Position numbers and translations under genes: made by a program. This document shows, piece by piece, positions 15,655-25,437 of a stretch of DNA of 44,047 nt. How positions within the stretch are numbered: the stretch's first letter is position 1; each line of letters begins with the position of its first letter. The DNA comes from a virus (Duplodnaviria; Caudoviricetes): the IMG/VR virus record IMGVR_UViG_3300048857_000003, positions 1-44,047 of that record; one strand, given 5' to 3'. The notes under the pieces are model-generated. The model saw only the letters and a list, made by a program, of their open reading frames with translations, did not search any database and was not told the DNA's origin.

Positions 15655-16362
15655 CTACAGCTCGTGGGAAGGAATGGCGTAAATGAAGGGCCAGTTGAAG
15701 TTGGGGTTGTTGCCGGAAACGTCGCCATACATGTCGTAATTCTGAATGTATTGCGCCTGGTTAGCCGTAGCCCGGTAATAACCAAAGCTTGCTACGTTGC
15801 CGGTTCCCGCCCCATCAAAGAGATACCCTGTAAAGTTGGAAATCAGCACATAGCTGTTGGGGCTGACCGAGTAGCTGGTGTTAGTCGTCCAAGTCCACGT
15901 TCGGTTGTAGCCAGTTTGATTGCTAGGGCCAGTGCGGGTATAGCTTCGGGTAGCAAACTGGAAAACCATGGTGGAATAGCCGCTATCCAAGATGAGCTGA
16001 CCTGTAGCATCGAACAGCTGCACTCCGTAAGTCTGGGAACTCCTGGGCGGCATGAAGACCGCTACGCAGTAGGTATAGGTCTGGGTAGTTCCTACGATAT
16101 CCGGGTTAATAGTCATGCCTGTCCAGTTACCGGCCGAACCGACATACCGAAAGTTGCCACAACCATATGCACCGGCCTGAAGTTTCTGAAACACCAGTGG
16201 CGGCAGCTGTGTCGTAATCGCTTGAGGCCAAGCAATCGTAACCGCTCGCGTCGTATTGGGGCCTATGGTGTACTGAGCGGTAAATACCCAGTGCAATAGC
16301 GAGTTATCGCTGTCAATTAGTAGCTGGCTGGCATCATTGAAAATCTGGATTCCGTAGCTCAT
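15655..16362 (-). CDS. tail tip accessory protein
   Basis: Duplicated YGIQIFNDASQLLIDS / YGVQLFDATGQLILDS motif; follows the J-like gene. Confidence 0.7.
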   Translation of the reverse strand: MSYGIQIFNDASQLLIDSDNSLLHWVFTAQYTIGPNTTRAVTIAWPQAITTQLPPLVFQKLQAGAYGCGNFRYVGSAGNWTGMTINPDIVGTTQTYTYCVAVFMPPRSSQTYGVQLFDATGQLILDSGYSTMVFQFATRSYTRTGPSNQTGYNRTWTWTTNTSYSVSPNSYVLISNFTGYLFDGAGTGNVASFGYYRATANQAQYIQNYDMYGDVSGNNPNFNWPFIYAIPSHEL

Positions 16363-16646
16363 CCGAACGACACCGCCATTACCCATACCCTCTGGCTTCC
16401 AATCATGTTCATCGTGACCCGGTTACCACTTACTGTGTACGGCGGAATCGTGCTTGTACTGTCATATGCCTGTACCCAGATCATGGAATTACTCCCGAGG
16501 TTGCCCGGTACGTCATAAATCATCCCGTATACAAAGTTGGGGCTTGTATTGGTCACGATGGCCCGATGGATGACCCGCACAGAAAAGCGGGAGCCATCAA
16601 GGATGCGTCGCCCCTGCGGATCGTTAATTACGAAGTCATAAGCCAT
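16359..16646 (-). CDS. tail tip accessory protein
   Basis: 95 aa, coupled to the J-like gene. Confidence 0.65.
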   Translation of the reverse strand: MAYDFVINDPQGRRILDGSRFSVRVIHRAIVTNTSPNFVYGMIYDVPGNLGSNSMIWVQAYDSTSTIPPYTVSGNRVTMNMIGSQRVWVMAVSFG

Positions 16647-19585
16647 CAGCCTAACCATCCCATCCGCATGCGCAGGATGTTGTTAGCGTCAAAGAGAGAG
16701 ATGTTTTGCGAGTTGATGACCATGCGTCCTTGGCCAGCGACCATGCCATTGATCTCGAACGTGCCGTCTTTATTAATTCGCCAGCCAGTTTGCCCAGCCA
16801 CGTAATTGTTTGACTGGATGAAATCTCCAATCATGGCGTTGGTGATACGACCAGTCCCGATGTATGCAGAGTTGATCACCGTCTGCCCGTTCTCAATCAC
16901 AAACGGAAGCGTTGTATTGCTGCCATCGTTATTGAGCACTGCAAATCGATTAGCCATAACCAGGAACTGATTGGTGACCGTACCGCCTGAGTAATCGACA
17001 CCCAGCGCAAAACCAGCTGCATAGCGCTGCCCATTGGCTGTGATCTCGGTTTTAACGGTGTACGACGACGAGACTTTGCCATCGAGTGTTGCTATAGCTT
17101 GCTGGCTTGTCTGGATGGCGGCTGCGTTGCTACCTACACCCGCTTCAACAGTATCAACCCGCTGGGCTACAGCCCTGGTCGCATCAGCCGCTACTGATTG
17201 AACCGTGACAGTACCGGCATAGACGGTTTCTTCACCTACATACCAATCCGGATCACCCGTAAGATCTGGCGTGATCTGGGCATATAGGGATTCTGTTCTG
17301 CTCGACTGTGCAGTGAGTTTGTTGTTTACCGTTGAGATATCGGTTGTGTTCTGTGTTACTTGGGCAGCTAAAGCCCCGGCTTGAGTAACGACCTGACCAA
17401 TATCTTGCCAGTAGGTATCGTTAGGCGGCGCATTCTTCCCATCAGCCGAGGCCGGGACTGCTTTCCTCGCCTGAAACAGTCGCCTGCCTTGCCTTACAAC
17501 ATCATTCTGGGCGTACGCCACAGCAGGATCATAAGCCAGCGCATCGCTCAGGTTCTGAACCTGCTTCTGAATGCTATCGATTTTGTCGACTTCGGACAGC
17601 AGCCCCTGACCTAACTGGCTTCGGGTAATCTTGCCTTCCAGCATCTTTAAGTACTGGCCTACATCTGCCGAGGTGCGCGCCGGTACGTATAAAAACCCGC
17701 TACGACCATATGCATTAACTGAGCGGACGTAGTAGTGATATGGAGTATCGAAAGAAAGCCCGTTATGCGTCAGGCTCAAACCTTGGCCAATGTACGTGGC
17801 CTGCTCCGCTGGAACGCTAGCCGTTAGCGCAACGTAATATTCATACGTCCCGCCGTTAAGGCTCTTGGCCGTGTTTCGCGGAACCAGCGTGATCGCATCA
17901 ACAGTTGAATAAACCGCGCAGCTTTCAGGAACTGGAGGGCCGTCGATATTGACCGTGATTGTCGCTTCACCGGAACGTGCCAGCGGACCCTGAGCCGATA
18001 CGCTCATGGTGTAGCTACCAGATACCAGCCCGTTAATATTGCACTGCGTCGCGCTTGCAGGAACTTGAATGGCTTGAACAGCTTTACCAGCCTGCCGCAC
18101 CACGACGTTGTAGTAGCTCACTACTGAGGCTGGAGCCGTCCAAGACAATACGCCTTGGGTAACCTCCGCCAGGGTCTCTATCGACCAAGTCAGATTGGAA
18201 GGCGAGCCAACAGATCCCGCAGGAAGGCTAATGAAGCCGATGGGGTTATAGGGCTGCCCTACCGCATCATCAAAGATGGCCGGCTCGTACTGCGATACCG
18301 TAACCGTACAGCCATCCAGTGCGCCCATAGTCCAATCGGTAACGATGAACTCGCCGCTTATGTTGAGCGACGGCAGGTTCACCCGCACGACACGACCGGG
18401 GCGGCAGTTATACCCGTTAAAGTTCAGAGGAATGCTGAGCGATCCACCTGCCCTGCGCCGCCGCAGCTCAATGTTAGCCAGTCGCTGCGCCTGATAGGAA
18501 TCGGTCACGTAGGAGAAAGACAGCGTTTCGGAGGACTCCCCGCCATCTGCCTGCACCCACTCATCTACCCTTACTTCCGGATAGTCCGTTTCTGCCCAGG
18601 ACTGGCTGGGATCAATAAATGTACCGGTAATGACGTTTACAGCAGAGTCGTTATCCACCTCGCTGCTGCCAGAGACAGTGCCGATCACCATGTCTTCGGT
18701 GATCTCGAAGTCAGCAGGACCATAATAAGCACCGGCCTGCAGCATCCACTTGCCACCGACACGGATCAGCCGACCAGCACAGGACTGCTCAAGCTTTTGC
18801 AGGACCTGGGTGCGCGGCTCATCAGCGCCGATGACGCAGCCAGTGTGGTATCGGTTGCTGCTAGAGCCGTCCGCATTGCCTACCAACTCATCGCAAACGT
18901 TGGCCGCACTCAGAAATGTCTCAAAAATGATCTCATCGTCTGGAATACCGCAACGATTACGCAGATACCAGAGGATGTGCAGCGCTGTGTTTTGACTGAA
19001 CACATTGCCGCCAAGGCGCGGATCGTAAATGTCGTTTCGACCCCGCACGACAAAGCGCACGTCCGGAATGCCGGACGGGTACTTCTCGGCGCTGTAGCGA
19101 AGCGACAGACGAACGTAAGACAGGCCACGGCCAATCTGGGAGTCTTTCCAGTCTGGGCAGTTGGCTTTGAGGAAGGCGTTCACGCCTGTGGGATTGATGA
19201 CCACCTCATAGCTAGCGTAATCGCCGTACGAAGCAATGGCTTCCTCGTTCAGGTAGATCTCGGATACGCCATCAATAGCGCCCTCAGCCAGTACATAGAC
19301 CAAGTGCAACCATTCGCCGTCACCCTGGGCACCGCCCTCTTCCTGCGCCCATACCAAAACGCCACCGGTACTAGCCTGCCCAAGAATGAACCGGGCCGGT
19401 GCTTTGGATGAGCGCACCGTCTGCGCAGCAGGCTCGCTGGAGCTACCTTTGACCTTTGCTGACTTCTGGCTGGAGGCATACAGCGCCGCCGCCCCACCCA
19501 CCAAAGCACCTTTCCATCCGCCTGTGGCATAGCCAATAGCTGCGCCGACTGCCACCTGAGCAACTGACTTGACTGCCTTACCCAT
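16646..19585 (-). CDS. tail tip / host-specificity protein (J-like) with Fn3, CBM-like and DUF1983-like segments
   Basis: 979 aa; C-terminal AGFALG...QFLVMANRFAV...IQSNNYVAGQTGWRINKDG. Confidence 0.9.
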   Translation of the reverse strand: MGKAVKSVAQVAVGAAIGYATGGWKGALVGGAAALYASSQKSAKVKGSSSEPAAQTVRSSKAPARFILGQASTGGVLVWAQEEGGAQGDGEWLHLVYVLAEGAIDGVSEIYLNEEAIASYGDYASYEVVINPTGVNAFLKANCPDWKDSQIGRGLSYVRLSLRYSAEKYPSGIPDVRFVVRGRNDIYDPRLGGNVFSQNTALHILWYLRNRCGIPDDEIIFETFLSAANVCDELVGNADGSSSNRYHTGCVIGADEPRTQVLQKLEQSCAGRLIRVGGKWMLQAGAYYGPADFEITEDMVIGTVSGSSEVDNDSAVNVITGTFIDPSQSWAETDYPEVRVDEWVQADGGESSETLSFSYVTDSYQAQRLANIELRRRRAGGSLSIPLNFNGYNCRPGRVVRVNLPSLNISGEFIVTDWTMGALDGCTVTVSQYEPAIFDDAVGQPYNPIGFISLPAGSVGSPSNLTWSIETLAEVTQGVLSWTAPASVVSYYNVVVRQAGKAVQAIQVPASATQCNINGLVSGSYTMSVSAQGPLARSGEATITVNIDGPPVPESCAVYSTVDAITLVPRNTAKSLNGGTYEYYVALTASVPAEQATYIGQGLSLTHNGLSFDTPYHYYVRSVNAYGRSGFLYVPARTSADVGQYLKMLEGKITRSQLGQGLLSEVDKIDSIQKQVQNLSDALAYDPAVAYAQNDVVRQGRRLFQARKAVPASADGKNAPPNDTYWQDIGQVVTQAGALAAQVTQNTTDISTVNNKLTAQSSRTESLYAQITPDLTGDPDWYVGEETVYAGTVTVQSVAADATRAVAQRVDTVEAGVGSNAAAIQTSQQAIATLDGKVSSSYTVKTEITANGQRYAAGFALGVDYSGGTVTNQFLVMANRFAVLNNDGSNTTLPFVIENGQTVINSAYIGTGRITNAMIGDFIQSNNYVAGQTGWRINKDGTFEINGMVAGQGRMVINSQNISLFDANNILRMRMGWLG

Positions 19586-19983
19586 TATTCAACTCTCCAG
19601 ACCACCAGCGGAGTGCAGTCGATACGACTAACCCCATCTTCTGCCGTTGACCAACAGTCACCAGCCCAGTACACCGCCACGCTTCGTCCATTTACCCCTT
19701 CGTACAGCACAACGTCGCCCCGCTGCATAAAGGCCGGGTTGACTCGCTCGAAGCAGGCATCCCACGCGCCCTCAAGGCTGCCGTGATTCTTGGCCAGGGC
19801 ACGCTTGGCGCCGGTCTCGGTCTTGTACTTGCCACGGTATTTCTCGGCTGGATCAACACCGCATATGGCTTTGGCGCAGTCAGCCGCAAACAGGCAGCAG
19901 TCAAATTCGCCCCATGAAAAAGGCCGCTCAGTGGCGGCCTTGATCGTGTCGTACAAACGGGTTGTCCAGTCTCGATAGCGCAT
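19585..19983 (-). CDS. NlpC/P60-like tail assembly protein
   Basis: FSWGEFDCCLFAAD...QRGDVV. Confidence 0.75.
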   Translation of the reverse strand: MRYRDWTTRLYDTIKAATERPFSWGEFDCCLFAADCAKAICGVDPAEKYRGKYKTETGAKRALAKNHGSLEGAWDACFERVNPAFMQRGDVVLYEGVNGRSVAVYWAGDCWSTAEDGVSRIDCTPLVVWRVE

Positions 19984-19986
19984 GCG

Positions 19987-20586
19987 TTACTCGTATTTGA
20001 ATGATGGAGCGTCCTTGGAACTGCCCCAGTAGATCGGTGCTTCGCTCAACTGAGCTACGGCGTAGAAGAAGCGATCGTCTTGATGTCTGGCTCGATGATT
20101 CTCATCCGTCCAGCGCTCGGTGCCGGTACGGCTCCACTCAGCCATGCGGTCAATGATGGGTACGGATATCGTGTTGCCATCGCTACCATTGCCACCAAAA
20201 GAGAACTGAGCCGCGTCCATACGCCCGCTGAACAGAATGTCAGCTGCGTAGTTGCCCACCTGGTCGAACACGACAAACATCAGTTTGCCCGAGCGACCTC
20301 GGCAGCCTCTTAGGTTCGTCTCTGACAAGATGTAGGCATCCAGGCCGGTTAGGGTCAGTTCAACAGTCATAGGCGACTGCGAGTTGTCGCTTTCCTGCGA
20401 CTGCCCCACTTCACCAAACGTACCCACCCCGTCATAGGTGATGCCGTCGATTACGATCTGTCCGGTGCCCGTGTGGGCGTATACCGTGCCGTCTGCGAAG
20501 TCCAGCTGGCAGGCATACACCGCCATGAAGTTGCCTTGCGCGATGATGTCCACCACGCTCTGACTGAAAGGAAACGAAGCTGGCAT
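19987..20586 (-). CDS. minor tail / hub protein
   Basis: 199 aa; GITYDGVG; lies between Dit and J. Confidence 0.7.
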   Translation of the reverse strand: MPASFPFSQSVVDIIAQGNFMAVYACQLDFADGTVYAHTGTGQIVIDGITYDGVGTFGEVGQSQESDNSQSPMTVELTLTGLDAYILSETNLRGCRGRSGKLMFVVFDQVGNYAADILFSGRMDAAQFSFGGNGSDGNTISVPIIDRMAEWSRTGTERWTDENHRARHQDDRFFYAVAQLSEAPIYWGSSKDAPSFKYE

Positions 20587-21170
20587 CAGAAAGCCTCCCT
20601 GAACTGGAAGCTACCACTGGATACCACCCGTTGGATGTTCAGTTGGTTGGTGTCATCCATGCGGCGCATCTCGGAATAAGGGTTGCGGTACTCGACCGCT
20701 GTCCCTGCTGGCACAGCCTTACGGATGCGCTTGTTTAGGTTGAGCTGAACACGGCCACCTGACGTAGAGGCAGCATCATCAACCACCTCGAACATTTCCC
20801 CGTTTATAGTGATGTAATCGCCCATGCTGAAGACCTTGCGGCTAGCCGTTACGCCCTGCAGCAGTATGGTCGTAGCCTGCGCATTAGCAGTCACCACTAC
20901 CGGCGCGCCGATATTGTCACCCCTTCGCCTCGTAAAGGCTGGGAGGTATACCGTTCCATACATACCCTGTAGCCGACCCAGAAACGCCGTCAGCTCGCGC
21001 TCCATCTGCCTTGTCATCACGCCAAAGGTCAGCGTGCATTGCCAATAGGCGCCGGGATATCCCACTACCTGTTGGGCATTGGATAGCGTTGAGGTGAAGG
21101 CGCGGTTGTTATAAACGATGCCCCAGGTCATTTCGCTGGGGCGAATGGATACCGGCCACTGAATAGCCAT
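20586..21170 (-). CDS. distal tail protein (Dit-like)
   Basis: 194 aa; immediately after the tape measure gene. Confidence 0.65.
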   Translation of the reverse strand: MAIQWPVSIRPSEMTWGIVYNNRAFTSTLSNAQQVVGYPGAYWQCTLTFGVMTRQMERELTAFLGRLQGMYGTVYLPAFTRRRGDNIGAPVVVTANAQATTILLQGVTASRKVFSMGDYITINGEMFEVVDDAASTSGGRVQLNLNKRIRKAVPAGTAVEYRNPYSEMRRMDDTNQLNIQRVVSSGSFQFREAF

Positions 21171-21188
21171 CTAATTCTCCTGAACTAC

Positions 21189-24011
21189 TTAGCGGCTAAG
21201 CGACTGACGCAAAGGCCCGTTTTGTCTGAAATCCCTATGGACCATTTGCAGCGCCTCTGTAGCGGCTTGCTTTGATGACTGCCGTATCATTGCGATCGTC
21301 TCTGGGCTGACATCACCGTTTACGTGGAAGGTCTGGTGGACCGCCATTCCTGTTGATGAAGATTCCGCGCTGCTGCTTCTCGCTTGAGCAGAAAGCCTGC
21401 CCGTGTCGGCTATTGGAGTGACGTACCCACCCTGAGCCCCGCTCATTAGGTAGGTTTTGCCTCCCTGGCTGAACAGCTCAGGTCCCTTCTCGTTAACTTC
21501 GTAAAACTTGTCTGGATCTACCGATCCGCCTACAGCTCGGCCACCGCCGAAAGTCATACCAGATGTCGTGCCGGATGAGGTCGCAAAGGTTTGAGCTGCT
21601 GAACCGCCACCAAACAAGGAGCTGCCACCGCTGAAGGCAGAGCTAAGCAGGCCAGCTGCCGCTTGCCGTACTTGGATGCGAATGAGGTCTTCAACAAGCG
21701 AGTTTGCAAAGTCCTTAAAGGACAACTTTCCAGTCTTTACGAAGTTAACAATGCCGTCTTCCATGTTTCTGAAGGCATTGGAGAACATGTCACGAGTCTG
21801 GCCTGCAACGTTACGAGCACTGTCTAGATAATCATTGAAGGCATCGCTAGCCCCTACTGACCAGTCCTCGTTCTGCTTGTCCAAAGCATTGTAATAGTCT
21901 CGGTTTGCCTGCAAGGCTGTGTTCAGGCTGTCCTGAATACTTTGAGAGGCTCTCTTATATTCCTCAGATCCCAAGGCATCTTTAGGCGTAGCTTTGTCGA
22001 GCTGCTCCTGATAGCGCTGGAACTCCCTATAGATAGAGCGCTGAGCCTCAATACGCTCTCTAGCCTGACTGCCTAGCCCTGCGCCTTGTAGCTGCCTGTC
22101 GTACTGCTCTTGCCTGGAAGCTAACGAAGAGGCCATAGACTGTTCTAGCTGTAAGGCCCTTTCAGAAAGCTTTAAGAGTAGGCTGCGCTTACTTAACTCA
22201 TTATCTAGGGCAACATTTTTTTCAAGCTGGGCTTTAATTTGATCTTGGTTGGCAAGTAAGCTTTTTTGATCGGCAGTTAAAGTCCCTTTGTTCTTTAAAT
22301 CAGCAATGATCTGCTCGAACTTGGCTAGCTCGCGCTGAGAGGCGGTAAGCTTAGTGGTCGTACTTAACTGCTCTTGGAGTGCCGCCTGTTGACTGCGTAA
22401 GCTTTGAAGCATACGTACGGCAGCATCATCTTGATAAATCTTTGTTTTAGGTGCCGACTTACTGTAGTCCTCTTCAATCTTTTTACGAGCTACCTCGTAC
22501 TCACGATTGATTTGAGCTATATCTACATTTTTACCGCCTAGTGCTTCGGCACGCGCACGATCTATCTTCTCAAGCTCTAGTTTCTTCTTTGCTTCCCTGT
22601 CTAGCCCTGCAAGATATCTTGAATGCAGCTCATTGCTGCCAATTATAGACTGCTGCTCTGCACGGACTGACTTACCATTAGCTTCTGCGGCTGATTGCTG
22701 AACATCGCGCTCTTGCTGAAGAAGTCGCAACCTTGTCTGCATTGCAGCAATTTGAGCAGGCGGTGTATAAGCGCCTTGTCCAGCTGCTTGGTCTTTGTAG
22801 CTCTTTGCGCGTGAGTTCTGGGCTGCTTCTATATCCTTTTGGAGAGAAGATATCTTTTCATCAAGTGTCTGCTCGCGCCCCACATCAAGCATGGCGTCAT
22901 AAGCAGCCTTGGCTTTCGATTTAATCGAATCCCATGCTGACTCTATATAACCAAGGTTTTGCTTGATGCTCTCCGAGCGAACCTTGAGTGCGTTAGCGTA
23001 AGTCTCTTCAGCTAGATTAGCTGCGCCGACCTTATCCCCTTGCTCTTCAAGGGCGCGTATCTGTTCGTAAACAGAAGCAGTTAAATAATGATATTGCTCA
23101 TTCAAGGCCGCGGATGCCTTAGCAGGATCATCAGCAAGCCTCTTAAATTGCGCTACGGTATCCTCTACTGCCTGGCCAGTTGCGCTTTCAAACGCTACAG
23201 CTGCTATTGCTATATTCTTAAACTGATCGCTGGCAAGGCTTCCAGTCGAAACAATCTTAGCTAGGGCATCCGCCGCCGCCCCAGTCGTGCCCGTTACAGC
23301 ACTAACTTGCTTGGCAAGTGAAGCCAAGCCCTCGGCAGTTTGGCCTGATTGGTTTCCCGTTAAAACTAAGGCTTTCTGAAAAGCAGTACCTTCGTCACTG
23401 CCCTGCTTATAGGCAAATGCAAGAGCTGCTGCTGCCGCAGCGGCAACAGTAAAAGGGTTTATTAGTCCAAGGACATAGCCACCCAAAGCGCGAGCGGCAG
23501 GCCCAATGCCTCCGAACATGTCCTTAAGCTGTCCACCTTGCTGCAGGAAGACCGTTAAAGGCTGCTGACCACCTTGAAGCGATACGACAATATCGGTGAA
23601 CTGGGCTGGCACACCGCGCAAAGCATTCGCTGTCTGCTTGGCTGTATTGCCCGTACGGGTAAGACTATCGTTAGCGCGAGCTAGGGCATCCCGACCTTCG
23701 TCGATCTTTTTTCGATACTGACTGTACGTATCAAGATCGAGCTTGTTAGAGGCGCGAAGCTGGTAGAGTTTTCGCTCCTGCTGGTCAAGACGCTCGAAAG
23801 CCCTGGTAGTTGGGTCAATCTGTCCAAGCAGGCGAGCAATCTCGTCTTTCTCAGACTTGATTGATTCTTTTGCCTTTTCAGTTGACTCCTCAAACTTTCG
23901 TGACGCCTTTTCTGCTTTTTCGCCTGACCGAGCAAGTTTATCTAAGGCCTCTGAGCCGCGCTCAACCTCGCTGGAATCAACGCGCAGGCCAAGAGTTGCG
24001 ATATCTGCCAT
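21189..24011 (-). CDS. tail tape measure protein (lambda family)
   Basis: 940 aa; PAQFTDIVVSLQGGQ.PLTVFLQQGGQLKDMFGG; long helical body; EVNEKGPELF. Confidence 0.95.
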   Translation of the reverse strand: MADIATLGLRVDSSEVERGSEALDKLARSGEKAEKASRKFEESTEKAKESIKSEKDEIARLLGQIDPTTRAFERLDQQERKLYQLRASNKLDLDTYSQYRKKIDEGRDALARANDSLTRTGNTAKQTANALRGVPAQFTDIVVSLQGGQQPLTVFLQQGGQLKDMFGGIGPAARALGGYVLGLINPFTVAAAAAAALAFAYKQGSDEGTAFQKALVLTGNQSGQTAEGLASLAKQVSAVTGTTGAAADALAKIVSTGSLASDQFKNIAIAAVAFESATGQAVEDTVAQFKRLADDPAKASAALNEQYHYLTASVYEQIRALEEQGDKVGAANLAEETYANALKVRSESIKQNLGYIESAWDSIKSKAKAAYDAMLDVGREQTLDEKISSLQKDIEAAQNSRAKSYKDQAAGQGAYTPPAQIAAMQTRLRLLQQERDVQQSAAEANGKSVRAEQQSIIGSNELHSRYLAGLDREAKKKLELEKIDRARAEALGGKNVDIAQINREYEVARKKIEEDYSKSAPKTKIYQDDAAVRMLQSLRSQQAALQEQLSTTTKLTASQRELAKFEQIIADLKNKGTLTADQKSLLANQDQIKAQLEKNVALDNELSKRSLLLKLSERALQLEQSMASSLASRQEQYDRQLQGAGLGSQARERIEAQRSIYREFQRYQEQLDKATPKDALGSEEYKRASQSIQDSLNTALQANRDYYNALDKQNEDWSVGASDAFNDYLDSARNVAGQTRDMFSNAFRNMEDGIVNFVKTGKLSFKDFANSLVEDLIRIQVRQAAAGLLSSAFSGGSSLFGGGSAAQTFATSSGTTSGMTFGGGRAVGGSVDPDKFYEVNEKGPELFSQGGKTYLMSGAQGGYVTPIADTGRLSAQARSSSAESSSTGMAVHQTFHVNGDVSPETIAMIRQSSKQAATEALQMVHRDFRQNGPLRQSLSR

Positions 24012-24027
24012 GGTTTCTCCGGGCAAT

Positions 24028-24048
24028 AAAAAACCCGCCGAAGCGGGT
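24028..24048 (-). terminator. moron terminator
   Basis: ACCCGC-ttcg-GCGGGT followed by a T run on the minus strand. Confidence 0.85.
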
Positions 24049-24066
24049 CTTGTTATAAAAATTCCT

Positions 24067-24477
24067 CTATTTCTCTAGCTCAACTAATTCCCAGGCTTCA
24101 TTTATCTTTTGCTGAAAATCTGTTTTGGTAGCCTCAATAGTATTTTTCGGCTGACGCTGCAGGCTATCAAGCGACTGCATAGAAGAAGACCACTTTACGT
24201 AATAGTTCTTCAGGGAGTCCTTCAGTGCCTGCTTTTTGGTCGAGCTAACCGCGGCTTTATAAAGCGGCAGCGCCTTTTCTTTATCGTTCGAAACACAGGA
24301 AACAGTTTTGTCAAAGTATTCAAGGGAGCCGAATACCGTTCCAGCAATTACCGCTGAATATGAACAGCTGCTCCATGACTTACTAGTAACCTCTCGCAGC
24401 TCCGACAGGCTATCCGCAGCCATTGCTTTACCAGTAATGAGCAACGACATAGCAAGAGCTAGAACTTTGTACTTCAT
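24067..24477 (-). CDS. exported/periplasmic moron protein
   Basis: Signal peptide MKYKVLALAMSLLITGKAMA; two Cys; GGAGG SD; own terminator. Confidence 0.75.
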   Translation of the reverse strand: MKYKVLALAMSLLITGKAMAADSLSELREVTSKSWSSCSYSAVIAGTVFGSLEYFDKTVSCVSNDKEKALPLYKAAVSSTKKQALKDSLKNYYVKWSSSMQSLDSLQRQPKNTIEATKTDFQQKINEAWELVELEK

Positions 24478-24562
24478 ACGACCTCCCGAGAAAATGAGAA
24501 CCATATCTCAGGAAAGCGCGAAAACCCAGCCTAAACCGGGTTTATTGTCGAGATGGGAGGCA

Positions 24563-24590
24563 TAAAAAAGCCCAGTCAGGCGCTGGGCTT
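24563..24590 (-). terminator. terminator of the YafO-like operon
   Basis: Minus strand AAGCCCAG...CTGGGCTT followed by a T run. Confidence 0.8.
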
Positions 24591-25065
24591 ATAGATTCTT
24601 TGGTGGACACATTAACGGGTGATTACCTTCCGGATCTGCCGAAAAATGGTCTTTTTCTTCGACATACTGCTCTGCTAGGACCGCCAGAACCTCTATATCT
24701 TCCATTTTCGCATGGCCGTTAGGGTTCAAGATTGCGATTAGGATATAGGGGCTATAGCGTACGTCCCAGGCTTGGCCGTACACAAGAATCTTGTCCGAAG
24801 TATAGTTATCCTGAGTAAACCCGCGATTCTGGTAATTCTCAGAGAGGTAGTCCCAAGTCTTTACGACAGCGTCTTCTTCAAGATGCACATGCCAAAGCTC
24901 CTGTTCAACTACCTCTTGCGGCCAGGAGAATGGTTTATCTCTGCCAAATGTCCCGCCAAAACTAACCATACCTAGCTTGTACTGCTGGAATTCTTCAGCC
25001 AATTCAAGACTGGCCTCTACTCCTAAGTCGTGCAGCAGATCTCTGCCCAGAAGGACATAAACCAT
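24589..25065 (-). CDS. yafO: YafO-family mRNA interferase toxin
   Basis: FGRDKPF..P....ELWHVHL, W, TSDKILVY, LIAILNPNGH match YafO family motifs as recalled. Confidence 0.75.
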   Translation of the reverse strand: MVYVLLGRDLLHDLGVEASLELAEEFQQYKLGMVSFGGTFGRDKPFSWPQEVVEQELWHVHLEEDAVVKTWDYLSENYQNRGFTQDNYTSDKILVYGQAWDVRYSPYILIAILNPNGHAKMEDIEVLAVLAEQYVEEKDHFSADPEGNHPLMCPPKNL

Positions 25066-25226
25066 CAACCGCGCTTCTTATCAATTCGGCTAAGAATCCG
25101 CTGCTCTGCTCTTTCGGCAGCCCGGCTCAAGACTTCATCAGTTAGATAAGTAGGTCTTACTCGATCTTTTCGAGATACAGGGCTCGGATCCACACGATCT
25201 TGTGCTCTGATAGCTATCATTGTCAT
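25065..25226 (-). CDS. 53-aa putative antitoxin coupled to the YafO-like gene
   Basis: AGGAGG SD; MTMIAIRAQDRVDPSPVSRKDRVRPTYLTDEVLSRAAERAEQRILSRIDKKRG; TGATG overlap with the toxin start; missing from the ORF track. Confidence 0.65.
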   Translation of the reverse strand: MTMIAIRAQDRVDPSPVSRKDRVRPTYLTDEVLSRAAERAEQRILSRIDKKRG

Positions 25227-25344
25227 AACATCCTCCTAGAGGATCGATAACTAAAGGGGATATGTTATAACCCCCAAAGACAACAAAACCACAGCCATGC
25301 CGTGGTTTTTCTAAGGCCGAACATCACGGCCTGTGATATCAGTA

Positions 25345-25373
25345 AGACTAATACAGAGCGTAATTTGTTTCAA
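25345..25373 (-). promoter_or_regulatory. putative sigma70 promoter of the TA-like operon
   Basis: TTGAAA, 17 nt, TAGTCT on the minus strand. Confidence 0.5.
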
Positions 25374-25437
25374 CTCATGGTTGTAATATCAACCTTTTGT
25401 TGAATCCTTACTGGTATCGGCTCAGATAAAGGAGTCT

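Noticed and set aside
15637-16299. 220-aa plus-strand ORF
   Set aside because: Antisense to a credible tail gene
14128-16646. Diversity-generating retroelement or invertible tail-fibre switch
   Set aside because: No reverse transcriptase, invertase or template/variable repeat pair seen
18155-19411. 418-aa plus-strand ORF
   Set aside because: Antisense shadow of the tail tip gene; no recognisable motifs or SD
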